A DNA stretch of 42,401 nucleotides from an uncultured Eubacteriales bacterium (GTDB taxonomy: Bacteria > Bacillota > Clostridia > Peptostreptococcales > JAAYPU01): the NCBI GenBank assembly GCA_964553505.1, contig CAZKKX010000002.1, positions 1-42,401 on the forward strand. The letters run 5' to 3'. Positions within the stretch are counted from its first letter, which is position 1; each line of letters opens with the position of its first letter. The translations under genes and the position numbers were made by a program. This document shows positions 19,175 through 27,380 of the stretch, in pieces. The notes below the pieces were generated by a model. That model did no database searches. It saw only the letters and a program-made list of their open reading frames with translations, and was not told where the DNA came from.

Positions 19175-20515
19175 TTAGACCATGGAGTCTGGCAGCCATA
19201 AGATCAACTGTGGAACGAATATAACCAATATCAGCAAAATAGCCATCATAGCCAGGAAAGGCATCGATCCTCGGAATATTTCTCCAACGCCGACACGTTC
19301 CTTCAGTTTCATTCCCTGTAAAGATGATTGAACCGTAAATACGGAGATTCCAAATGGAGGCGTAATCAAGCCCATTTCAACTGCGATGATCATTACAACA
19401 CCATACCACAGAGGATCGAATCCCAATCCGATAATAACCGGCACTGCAATAGGCGTTGTCAACAAAATAATTGAAGTGGCATCCAAAATGCATCCCAAGG
19501 CAATCTGAAGTGCACATAGAACCAATACAATGATTATAGGTGCCACAGGTAATTCCACTACAAAATTTCCTATCTTATTTATAACACCGCTGAGAGACAG
19601 CATCCTGGAAAACATCTGAGCCGAAATCAAGAGAAACAGGATGGAACCGCTTGTTTTTCCAGTATCCAGTAACGCATTCCAGAAACGTGCCCAAGTAAAT
19701 TTACCTTTTACAATCATGAGCACCAAAGTGACAAAACATCCTACACCGCCTGCTTCCGTCGGAGTAAAGTATCCGCTCCACATACCGCCGAAAATAATGA
19801 TAATCAATAATACAAAAACCGCAGGTCTTAATAATACTTTATACGCAGGCTCTGCATCTTCTTCGTTTTCATATATTGCCTTTGCTCCGATTTCATCAGG
19901 ATAACGCTTTCCAATATAAAAAATAACAACACAATATAAAAACGTAAGAATAAGACCTGGTACAATTCCTCCAAAGAACAGCTTACCAATGGAAACTTGC
20001 GCAACAGATCCATATACAATCATAAGGATACTGGGCGGTATCAGCATTCCAAGAACCGAACTTCCGGCAATTGTTCCTACGGAAAGCTTTTTGCTATAAC
20101 CCAGCCGCGTCATTTCCGGATAAGCAATTTTAGAAAAAACGGCTGCAGAAGCAATTGAAGCTCCTGTGATTGCAGCAAACACGGCATTAGAGACTACCGT
20201 TGCCATCGCAACACCGCCTCTTAATCTTCTCAATAATAAATTAGCTGCATCGTACAACTCCCGACCTGATTTGGATTCACTTGCAAATAAACCCATTAAA
20301 ACAAATAGAGGAATCACTCCGAATGAATAAGAACGAATAGCATTATAAGATGTCGTTCCCAACAACTTTACTGCAGTATTAAAATTTCCAATTGTCAAAA
20401 ATACACCTAATACACTAACTGATATCAGCGAAACACCAATACCCGTCCCGGAAAATAATAAAACCAATAAGACAAGGAGACAAACTAATCCAATCAATTC
20501 AGCACTTAATAACAT
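19175..20515 (-). CDS. dctM: TRAP transporter large permease (DctM family)
   Basis: 446 aa polytopic membrane protein with DctM-like segments. It overlaps the preceding small permease gene by 10 nt, the classic dctQM arrangement. Confidence 0.9.
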   Translation of the reverse strand: MLLSAELIGLVCLLVLLVLLFSGTGIGVSLISVSVLGVFLTIGNFNTAVKLLGTTSYNAIRSYSFGVIPLFVLMGLFASESKSGRELYDAANLLLRRLRGGVAMATVVSNAVFAAITGASIASAAVFSKIAYPEMTRLGYSKKLSVGTIAGSSVLGMLIPPSILMIVYGSVAQVSIGKLFFGGIVPGLILTFLYCVVIFYIGKRYPDEIGAKAIYENEEDAEPAYKVLLRPAVFVLLIIIIFGGMWSGYFTPTEAGGVGCFVTLVLMIVKGKFTWARFWNALLDTGKTSGSILFLLISAQMFSRMLSLSGVINKIGNFVVELPVAPIIIVLVLCALQIALGCILDATSIILLTTPIAVPVIIGLGFDPLWYGVVMIIAVEMGLITPPFGISVFTVQSSLQGMKLKERVGVGEIFRGSMPFLAMMAILLILVIFVPQLILWLPDSMV

Positions 20516-21045
20516 GTTTCATCCTCCTTTTCTCCAAGAATGCTTTTACCGCGAAGCAACCAATATGCCTGTCGAATCATTATTAAAAGTACCATTAAGG
20601 AGCAGAAAACAATAGTTCCACGTACCGGCCACATAGGAAGCACCAGAGCACCTTCTCCTTCCGTTTCCCTTTCCACAATAGAATATATCAGGTTTGTATA
20701 AGATGACTTTACCATTAAAACAAAGACGATGATTCCAAATATTTGGCTGAAAAATCTCAGTTTATGCTGTAATTTAATCGAGAATTTTTCATAAAAAATA
20801 CTTACTTTTAGATGTTCATCAATCATCTGTACATAAGTAAGCTGCAGAAATGCTATAATTGTGATCAAAGCAACTACCAGTTCCGGAACACCTGTAATAG
20901 GGTTATTGAAAAAGGTACGTCCACAAACATCTGCCATGATAATCACCATCAGAAACATCGTCAGTCCACAACCGATTGCATTGAGCCCTTTAATGTATAT
21001 GGAAAAAGGATCACCTAACTTCCCTCTTTTCTTACCGTTACCCAC
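20506..21045 (-). CDS. dctQ: TRAP transporter small permease (DctQ family; GTG start)
   Basis: 179 aa with four predicted TM helices, positioned between the binding protein and DctM. AAAGGAAGTG RBS. Confidence 0.8.
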   Translation of the reverse strand: MGNGKKRGKLGDPFSIYIKGLNAIGCGLTMFLMVIIMADVCGRTFFNNPITGVPELVVALITIIAFLQLTYVQMIDEHLKVSIFYEKFSIKLQHKLRFFSQIFGIIVFVLMVKSSYTNLIYSIVERETEGEGALVLPMWPVRGTIVFCSLMVLLIMIRQAYWLLRGKSILGEKEDETCY

Positions 21046-21076
21046 ATAATCACTTCCTTTCTTCTATGCTGATTTT

Positions 21077-21108
21077 TATTTGGCGGCAGGTTTAATCCGC
21101 CGCCAAAT
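21077..21108 (-). terminator. Stem-loop between the binding-protein and permease genes (partial terminator or mRNA stabiliser)
   Basis: TATTTGGCGGC (21077-21087) pairs with GCCGCCAAATA (21098-21108). The minus-strand downstream sequence is only weakly T-rich. Confidence 0.4.
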
Positions 21109-21143
21109 ATACCTTTGAGCTTTTGGAATTGAAAGTTTAAGTT

Positions 21144-22277
21144 TTATTTTTCCGGTACTCCGGATAACCAATCCCTGACAGGTTCAAATCCGGCATTTTG
21201 TATTGCTTCAAGATAGTCTCTCATAAACGGACGGATATCATCTATTCCTTCTGCTTCTTTTGCTTCTACATATGATAAAGGTACATTATCAAGAGTATCT
21301 GCCCATTCAACTTTTTGTTCATGTGTCATATAGATAACATCTTCACAATTTTCTTCCAGGAATTCAATTGTTTCATCATATCCCTCTTTGGAGTATTCAG
21401 CTAATCCATAGGTATATGCTTCTCCTCCTGCCATAAAAGCTTGTTGTACTTCTTCTGGAAGGCTGTTATAAAAATCTGTATTGATGGTAATAGCACCCAT
21501 CCATACTGCTTGGAAGTCTCCAATTAAACCATAAGGTGCTACTTCATAAAGATATAGGTCTTTATGGAAGCTGGTAGGCTGTAAAGACATTTCGTATAAT
21601 CCTGTCTGAAGGGCATTATAAGCCTCTGTTCCGGCTGACTGTATGGGAGTCGCTCGATTTGAAACCCAGCTTAGGTTAGATCCTGCTGCACCGACTCTCT
21701 TTCCATCCAGAGAATCCAGACCGGTATAAGGGAACTTTGATGTCATATTATAGCTCTCTGCTGTTGCCCAGCCAAATGGTATCTGACCGAACTTTTCAAA
21801 TTCTTCAGTCAGTTGAGGGTATCTGTCAATAAAGTCAAGCTGAATCTCTAATGCCGTATCCACATCCCAAACACCAAAAGGTACATAGTAAGTTATATTA
21901 CCATAAGGCAGGTTGGATTGTTCGAATACATAACAAACATTGGTCACATCCAGAAGCCCATCTTGGCAAGCTTCCAAACTTTCTGTAACTGTAGCAACTG
22001 TTGCTCCCCAGGACTCTACCCATTCAATTTCATAGTTTCCTGTTTTAGCCAACTCTTCTTCCACCTTAGGCATCATGTACTTTGTCATAGCACCTATCCA
22101 GCGATAACCTTCCGGTGTTTGTCCGGCGCCAATTCGCACCCTAATCTTTTCCGGATCATTTGTCCCTTCACCATTAGGAGCAGTATCTCCTCCGCCCCCG
22201 CAAGCCGTTGTAGCTAAAGCTAAACTCAGGACCAGGAGAAGGGTTAAAATTAACCTTCCCATTTTCATTTGTCTCAT
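21144..22277 (-). CDS. TRAP-associated extracytoplasmic solute-binding lipoprotein (DctP-type by context)
   Basis: Lipoprotein signal LVLSLALATTAC followed by a Gly-rich tether. Located immediately upstream of dctQM. AAGGAGG RBS. The family call rests mainly on context and size. Confidence 0.7.
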   Translation of the reverse strand: MRQMKMGRLILTLLLVLSLALATTACGGGGDTAPNGEGTNDPEKIRVRIGAGQTPEGYRWIGAMTKYMMPKVEEELAKTGNYEIEWVESWGATVATVTESLEACQDGLLDVTNVCYVFEQSNLPYGNITYYVPFGVWDVDTALEIQLDFIDRYPQLTEEFEKFGQIPFGWATAESYNMTSKFPYTGLDSLDGKRVGAAGSNLSWVSNRATPIQSAGTEAYNALQTGLYEMSLQPTSFHKDLYLYEVAPYGLIGDFQAVWMGAITINTDFYNSLPEEVQQAFMAGGEAYTYGLAEYSKEGYDETIEFLEENCEDVIYMTHEQKVEWADTLDNVPLSYVEAKEAEGIDDIRPFMRDYLEAIQNAGFEPVRDWLSGVPEK

Positions 22278-22336
22278 AATATTTCCTCCTTATTTATAAT
22301 TGGTTAAATACTGATTACAAACGAAATTTACTTATT

Positions 22337-22374
22337 CTAAAAAATCGTATGTCATGCTTTTGTGCTGTACGATT
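22337..22374 (-). terminator. Intrinsic terminator after the MBL-hydrolase gene
   Basis: Stem AATCGTA (22343-22349) pairs with TACGATT (22368-22374) and is followed on the minus strand by TTTTTTAG. Confidence 0.5.
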
Positions 22375-22384
22375 GAAATAAATA

Positions 22385-23242
22385 TCAGTCACATTCGACT
22401 ACAAGCCCTGTGCCTGCTTCCTTTACAGGGGCTGCCTTCGCAAGCTGTAATGTGCATTCCAAGTCTGTATCATGACAAATATAGAAATTTTTGATACCGG
22501 CTTTTTTTACATAATCACAGGTCTTATCCATTTGTGCCTGGGGCACTTCATCCGATCTAAGATGGGAACCTCCCAAATATGTGTTAATCGTCTTAGCACC
22601 TGTAAGTTTTTTGGCATATTCCATAATGTTGCAGATTCCATAATGAGCACAAGTAGCTATTATAGTTGCTTCTTCGCCATTCTTGTGTTTATATGCCAAT
22701 TGGGTATCTTCAATACAATAATCGTCGATCCATTCGCCATCTTTCAGTTTTTTGGCAGTTTGCGGAAAGCTTCTCTCGAAATCATTGGTGATTTCAGTTA
22801 GACCCATATAGACCAAATTCTTTGTTAACCACAAAGGTTCTGATTGAAACTGTACGTTAAAATACTGTTCCATAACACCCATGTCCACATCCATGCCAAT
22901 ATTTTGGTTCCAGTTAAATTCATATTTTTTCAGCATGATATCGGGGTGACCCATCAATAACGTAGGCTTTCTGGCTATCCCTCTATCCTTGTAATATTTA
23001 ATCAAGTACTTCAATCCGCCGCCATGGTCATAATGTCCATGAGAAATAACGACATAATCTGCAGTAAGCAGGTCGATGCCCATTTTTTCTGCATTCTTGA
23101 TAAAATTGTCCGAATATCCTGTATCCAAAAGCACTTTAACATCTTCATCTTCTATCCATGCAGAAAAGCCATGCTCCGAATTAAAGAATTTTACAAATAA
23201 ACTGTTGTTTTCAAGCAGCAATGTAGCTTTCATAGTTCTCAC
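22385..23242 (-). CDS. MBL-fold metallo-hydrolase (COG1237-like)
   Basis: VVISHGHYDHGGGLKYL carries the HxHxDH metal motif. 285 aa. Confidence 0.85.
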   Translation of the reverse strand: MRTMKATLLLENNSLFVKFFNSEHGFSAWIEDEDVKVLLDTGYSDNFIKNAEKMGIDLLTADYVVISHGHYDHGGGLKYLIKYYKDRGIARKPTLLMGHPDIMLKKYEFNWNQNIGMDVDMGVMEQYFNVQFQSEPLWLTKNLVYMGLTEITNDFERSFPQTAKKLKDGEWIDDYCIEDTQLAYKHKNGEEATIIATCAHYGICNIMEYAKKLTGAKTINTYLGGSHLRSDEVPQAQMDKTCDYVKKAGIKNFYICHDTDLECTLQLAKAAPVKEAGTGLVVECD

Positions 23243-23286
23243 CTCTCTTTTGAAACGAACTTCAGATCGGTCGTCAAAAAATCAAT

Positions 23287-24378
23287 TTATTTCTTATAAT
23301 ATTTATTTGCATATTCTCCATAAGTTTGAGATTTATATACGTCGTAACCATCACGTTGATCGTCAAACCGATAGCGACCGATATCCTTATCTCTCGGATA
23401 CAGGAATCTGGCTGAAGGTCTGAGGATGCAAGTTTTGATTTCCGGTGTATTTTGAGCTACTATCATTTCAAATTGATTGGTTAAATCTTCAGGGTTTCCG
23501 CCTGTATTTACCCAGTTATCATAATGATCAGGAATAGCAAGTTTGGCATTTAAAGCTTGTGCTACTCGTGCACAATCATATGGTGTCATCTTATCTGTTG
23601 CCCCTGGTGCATTCCAGCCCATGTCGAAGGTAACCAAATCGATATCATATGTTTCTCCGATGGCTCTATATCCGTCATGGAACCATGTATCACCACAGAA
23701 CAGCAAATTGCCTGCAGATGTTTTGAATAAGAAACTTGTACACATCTTTTCATAAGGCTCAGGTGTTGCCTGTGCACCTGTTCTTACTACGGTTTCGTCA
23801 TAACACATTAAAAATTCTACTTCAGCGCCAGGTATCTTCATGGATTCTCCAACCTTAGATACAACTAATCTTTCTTTTGGAACTTCAAACGCATCAAACT
23901 TTAAACAAGTATCAGGTGGTCCAACAAATTTGCAATCTGTAGTTTTAAGAAGTGCTTTAATAGTGTACTGATCGCAATGGTCCTGATGTCTGTGTGTACA
24001 GAATGCCGCATCTACTTTGTTAAACTTCCACGGATTGATAAATTGAGGATTCAACCTTAACCAATTAATGGAATCTGAGCCAGATTGTTTGCATACGCCA
24101 CAATAATGCTTTTCGGTATACATGGACGGACCGGAAAATACATCGATAAACGCAATACCGCCTTCATCTGTTTTTAATACCCATGAAGGTCCTCCCAACC
24201 ACCACATAGCTGTTTGTCCTTTGGGAACTTCATATTCTTCGATTTCTTTGTTCATCATAGTTCCCCACAGGCTGGCCACGTCTTCCAACCAAGTTTGATA
24301 AGTGATGTCTTGATTGTGATTCAGCCAATCACCGGACACAATACCTCTGCCATCATCTTTAACTGGTGCATTTGACAT
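23287..24378 (-). CDS. UlaG-like MBL-fold lactonase (homolog of L-ascorbate-6-phosphate lactonase)
   Basis: Colinear with my recollection of E. coli UlaG: TAMWWLGG, CTHRHQDHCD (HxHxDH), DKMTPYDCARVAQALNAKLAIPDHYD, and a C-terminal YPRDKD...RFDD. 363 aa versus about 354 aa for UlaG. Confidence 0.8.
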   Translation of the reverse strand: MSNAPVKDDGRGIVSGDWLNHNQDITYQTWLEDVASLWGTMMNKEIEEYEVPKGQTAMWWLGGPSWVLKTDEGGIAFIDVFSGPSMYTEKHYCGVCKQSGSDSINWLRLNPQFINPWKFNKVDAAFCTHRHQDHCDQYTIKALLKTTDCKFVGPPDTCLKFDAFEVPKERLVVSKVGESMKIPGAEVEFLMCYDETVVRTGAQATPEPYEKMCTSFLFKTSAGNLLFCGDTWFHDGYRAIGETYDIDLVTFDMGWNAPGATDKMTPYDCARVAQALNAKLAIPDHYDNWVNTGGNPEDLTNQFEMIVAQNTPEIKTCILRPSARFLYPRDKDIGRYRFDDQRDGYDVYKSQTYGEYANKYYKK

Positions 24379-24453
24379 AACTAAAACCTCCTATAATTAT
24401 TTTATTTATTTAAGCCTTATATAAAGGCCTTAAATAATCGATTCAATTTACTA

Positions 24454-25653
24454 CTATCTTTCCCATGCGGCTTTAAAGATATTTACCATATCATCTTCAG
24501 AAAGGACAACAAAATTTCCAATTTTTCTCTTATTGCCATATGTTGATTTTTGAGCCATTTCTCTCATCTGAGCTTCAGTTATATCTTTTATTCCCTTTTC
24601 CTCTAAAAGCGCTTTTAAAGAAATCGGCATGCCGAGAGAACCATAAAATTCTTCTGTCTTTTCAATGCCCTCCAAAGCAGTCTTCTCCGGATCCTGGAAG
24701 TTCATTTCGCAATTCCATACATTTACCGCATATTGTGCAAACCTTGCAATATCCGCTTTATATACATAACGTGCCCAGCTGGCCCAGATGGCAGATAAAC
24801 CTGCAGCATGGTCCACATCAAACATACCTCCAAGTTCATGCTCAAGTTGATGCACGGCATAATCTCCAACTCTTCCTGTTTCCAGCAAGTCATTATGTGA
24901 AAGGCTCCCTGCCCACATCAATTCAGCTCTTGCATCATAATTTTCAGGATCATTAACTACTATTTTTCCACTTTTTATAACGGTTTTAAGCAATCCCTCG
25001 CTCATAGCATCAATAAGGTCCACATTTTTAACAGGGGTGAAATAACGTTCCATGGTATGCATCATAATATCAACAATTCCATAAATCGTTTGCTTCATAG
25101 GGAGAGAATACGTAAGTTCAGGATTCATCAAAGCAAATTTAGGACGCATCAAATTATTTGCATATCCGCGTTTCATCCAACCATCTTCGTTTGTAATGAT
25201 GGAAGACTTGCTGGTTTCGCTTCCGGATGCTGCTAATGTCAAAATTACACCTATTGGCAAACAATCTTTTGCGTCTACGAGTCTATCAAACATATCCCAT
25301 GGGTCACAATCATTGGCAATAGCAAGAGCAATGGCTTTTGCAGAATCAATGACACTACCTCCGCCAATTGCCAGAATGAAATCCACATTTTCTTTCTTGC
25401 ACAAGTCAATACCTTCATATACTAATCCCAAACGAGGATTTGGAACAACGCCTCCCAGTTCAACATAAGCAATACCTTCTTTTTTTAAGGATTGGCAAAC
25501 CTGATCTAACAATCCGCTTTTTTTGGCACTGGAACCTCCATAATGCAATAATACTTTCGAACCTCCATAAGCTTTTACCTCGGAACCCACATCTTTCTGA
25601 ACATCTTTTCCGAAAACAACTTTCGTTGGTAGACTAAAACTGAAATTATTCAT
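24454..25653 (-). CDS. Iron-containing (group III) alcohol dehydrogenase, butanol-dehydrogenase/YqhD-like
   Basis: LAIGGGSVIDSAKAIA nucleotide-binding motif, metal-binding His region HQLEHELG, 399 aa. GAGAGGAG RBS. Confidence 0.9.
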   Translation of the reverse strand: MNNFSFSLPTKVVFGKDVQKDVGSEVKAYGGSKVLLHYGGSSAKKSGLLDQVCQSLKKEGIAYVELGGVVPNPRLGLVYEGIDLCKKENVDFILAIGGGSVIDSAKAIALAIANDCDPWDMFDRLVDAKDCLPIGVILTLAASGSETSKSSIITNEDGWMKRGYANNLMRPKFALMNPELTYSLPMKQTIYGIVDIMMHTMERYFTPVKNVDLIDAMSEGLLKTVIKSGKIVVNDPENYDARAELMWAGSLSHNDLLETGRVGDYAVHQLEHELGGMFDVDHAAGLSAIWASWARYVYKADIARFAQYAVNVWNCEMNFQDPEKTALEGIEKTEEFYGSLGMPISLKALLEEKGIKDITEAQMREMAQKSTYGNKRKIGNFVVLSEDDMVNIFKAAWER

Positions 25654-25690
25654 TGTTCTCCTCTCTTTCTACTTCTAATTTTATATTTTA

Positions 25691-25719
25691 ATTATATTAA
25701 CTAAAGCTATTATAGTCAA
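25691..25719 (-). promoter_or_regulatory. Sigma-A promoter of the ADH-lactonase-MBL unit
   Basis: Minus strand: TTGACT (25714-25719), a 17-nt spacer, then TATAAT (25691-25696), about 38 nt upstream of the ATG. Confidence 0.65.
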
Positions 25720-25738
25720 TAGTATTTTAATAATATTG

Positions 25739-25759
25739 TTATATTGTCATACAATATAA
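25739..25759. promoter_or_regulatory. Candidate GntR/FadR operator (perfect 9-bp inverted repeat)
   Basis: TTATATTGT-CAT-ACAATATAA has a TGT-N-ACA core of the kind GntR-family proteins bind. It lies about 20 bp upstream of the -35. TTGTCA-containing motifs also occur upstream of both GntR genes (11560-11576, 12439-12449). Confidence 0.4.
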
Positions 25760-25787
25760 TTATTTTAATCAAAGTTTGCCCTTTTTA

Positions 25788-25829
25788 ACAAAAAAAAGAA
25801 AATTCTTGCGAATTTCAAGAATTTTCTTT
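25788..25829 (-). terminator. Intrinsic terminator of the Ctp peptidase gene
   Basis: An 11-bp stem pairs AGAAAATTCTT with AAGAATTTTCT around a 9-nt loop, followed on the minus strand by a T-run of at least 8. Confidence 0.7.
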
Positions 25830-25873
25830 AACTTTTTTAGACTAAATCAAGTTTCTATTTTACATCTTAAACC

Positions 25874-27085
25874 TTAAACTTCTCCTTTCAGCACTTCTAA
25901 CGCTTTTATAAGCTGAGGGTCATTTTCCTGTGCTAAAATACCTTCTTCATAAAGAGCCTCATCTATTTCCACTATAACATTCGGTTCAATACCCTTATCG
26001 TGAATAGTATTCCCCTCAGGGGAGAAGTATTGAGCAATGGTTAATTCTATCCCGTCGCCGTTTTTAAGAGGTAGAATTCTCTGTATAATTCCTTTTCCAA
26101 AGGTCTTGGTTCCAATGATTGTACCCGCACCAGAGTCCTTTACTCCTGCTGTCAAAATTTCCGAAGCACTGGCCGAACCCCCATTGACTAAAACTACAAA
26201 TGGTATATCAATCTTTGAACTACCCGACTCATGATATTCTCTATTTCCCTGTCTATCTTCCGTATAAACGATAACATTTTTCCCCATAAGTTCATCGGCG
26301 ATTTTCAGGCTTTCATCGACTAATCCGCCGGGATTATCTCTCAAGTCAATTATTAAACCCTTTATTCCCTCTAATTGCAAATCCCTTAAGCTGTTCTTAA
26401 ATTCATTGTGAGTTTTACTCTCAAAAGAAGCAATTCGAATATAACCTATATGATCTTCCAATATATCTGATTTTATGGTTTTCATCTTCACTTTGGCCCT
26501 AATGATTTCAAATTCCAGTAATTCCTCTTCTCCCTGCCTTAATACTGTTATTGTAACTTTTGTACCAGGCTTTCCTCTCATTTTGGATACCGCTTCATCC
26601 ATCTGATCTGCGGTATATTCTTTACCGTCAATCTTTACAATTTTGTCTCCGCTTTTGATTCCCGCTCTTTGTGCAGGTGTATCATCTATTGGTGCAATGA
26701 CTAAAATAAACCCGTCCTTCCCAGGGGCTACTGTTACTCCAATCCCCTGATACTCTCCTTGAGTTGCAATCATTAGTTCTTCATATTCCTCTTTTGTGAG
26801 ATAAGTAGAATATGGATCTCCAATCCCATCAAAAAGGCCTTTATAAATACCCGTCATTAAATCGTCACTATCTACAGGTATATAATAATTTTCTTCAATA
26901 TACTGACGGAGTTCAAATAATTTTCCATACTCACTCAATATATTTCTGTATGCCTTATATTCATCTGCAGAAATAAATACTCTTCCATTTAATGGAATAT
27001 GTGAAATAAAACCTATTGTTGCTACAGATGATATCAACATGAATACAATAACTATCAATACAACCTTTTTTTTACTTATCATCAT
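25874..27085 (-). CDS. S41-family carboxy-terminal processing peptidase (Ctp) with a PDZ domain
   Basis: N-terminal TM anchor, PDZ domain (GIKSGDKIVKIDG), catalytic Ser region VNGGSASASEILTAG and Lys region TFGKGIIQ. Confidence 0.9.
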   Translation of the reverse strand: MMISKKKVVLIVIVFMLISSVATIGFISHIPLNGRVFISADEYKAYRNILSEYGKLFELRQYIEENYYIPVDSDDLMTGIYKGLFDGIGDPYSTYLTKEEYEELMIATQGEYQGIGVTVAPGKDGFILVIAPIDDTPAQRAGIKSGDKIVKIDGKEYTADQMDEAVSKMRGKPGTKVTITVLRQGEEELLEFEIIRAKVKMKTIKSDILEDHIGYIRIASFESKTHNEFKNSLRDLQLEGIKGLIIDLRDNPGGLVDESLKIADELMGKNVIVYTEDRQGNREYHESGSSKIDIPFVVLVNGGSASASEILTAGVKDSGAGTIIGTKTFGKGIIQRILPLKNGDGIELTIAQYFSPEGNTIHDKGIEPNVIVEIDEALYEEGILAQENDPQLIKALEVLKGEV

Positions 27086-27338
27086 ATTACCTCACAAATC
27101 TTAGACAATTATCTATCTCATTAAACAGCTCTAAGACTCCCTCCTTACCACAGCTTTAGCTTTAATGGCAAAACGGACAGAATCACAACTGTAATGGAAC
27201 GGGCTTCCGTCTATTGGCTCGCCCAATTAACTGTGGAGAATCCGAAATTACCACCGAGTATCTCTCTTCATTCTATTAATGAATCATTATTAATATAACA
27301 GTTATCGGCAATATTATAAAGTGGCATCAAAAAGATAT

Positions 27339-27380
27339 TTAAGATTTAAAATATATGAATTAAGATTTAAGTTAGATTTT
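27339..27380. repeat. Degenerate heptamer array (TTAAGAT TTAAAAT ATATGAA TTAAGAT TTAAGTT AGATTTT)
   Basis: Read directly from the sequence. It spans the recJ stop codon (27367-27369). Confidence 0.7.

Noticed and set aside
10451-25873. The catabolic block as a tRNA-Gly-integrated genomic island
   Set aside because: I found no direct repeat of the tRNA 3' end (…CATCATCCGCTCCA) at the far boundary (25654-25873) or elsewhere in the window. There is also no integrase gene. The block may still be accessory, but tRNA-targeted integration is not supported.
27086-27366. Assigning the ctp leader to a known riboswitch class, or to a T-box via the GGTGGTAAT segment
   Set aside because: The GGTGGTA-like sequence lies at the 5' end rather than the 3' end of the leader, there is no specifier or terminator architecture, and it has no match to the consensus cores I can recall. 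It is kept as a low-interest unclassified structure only.
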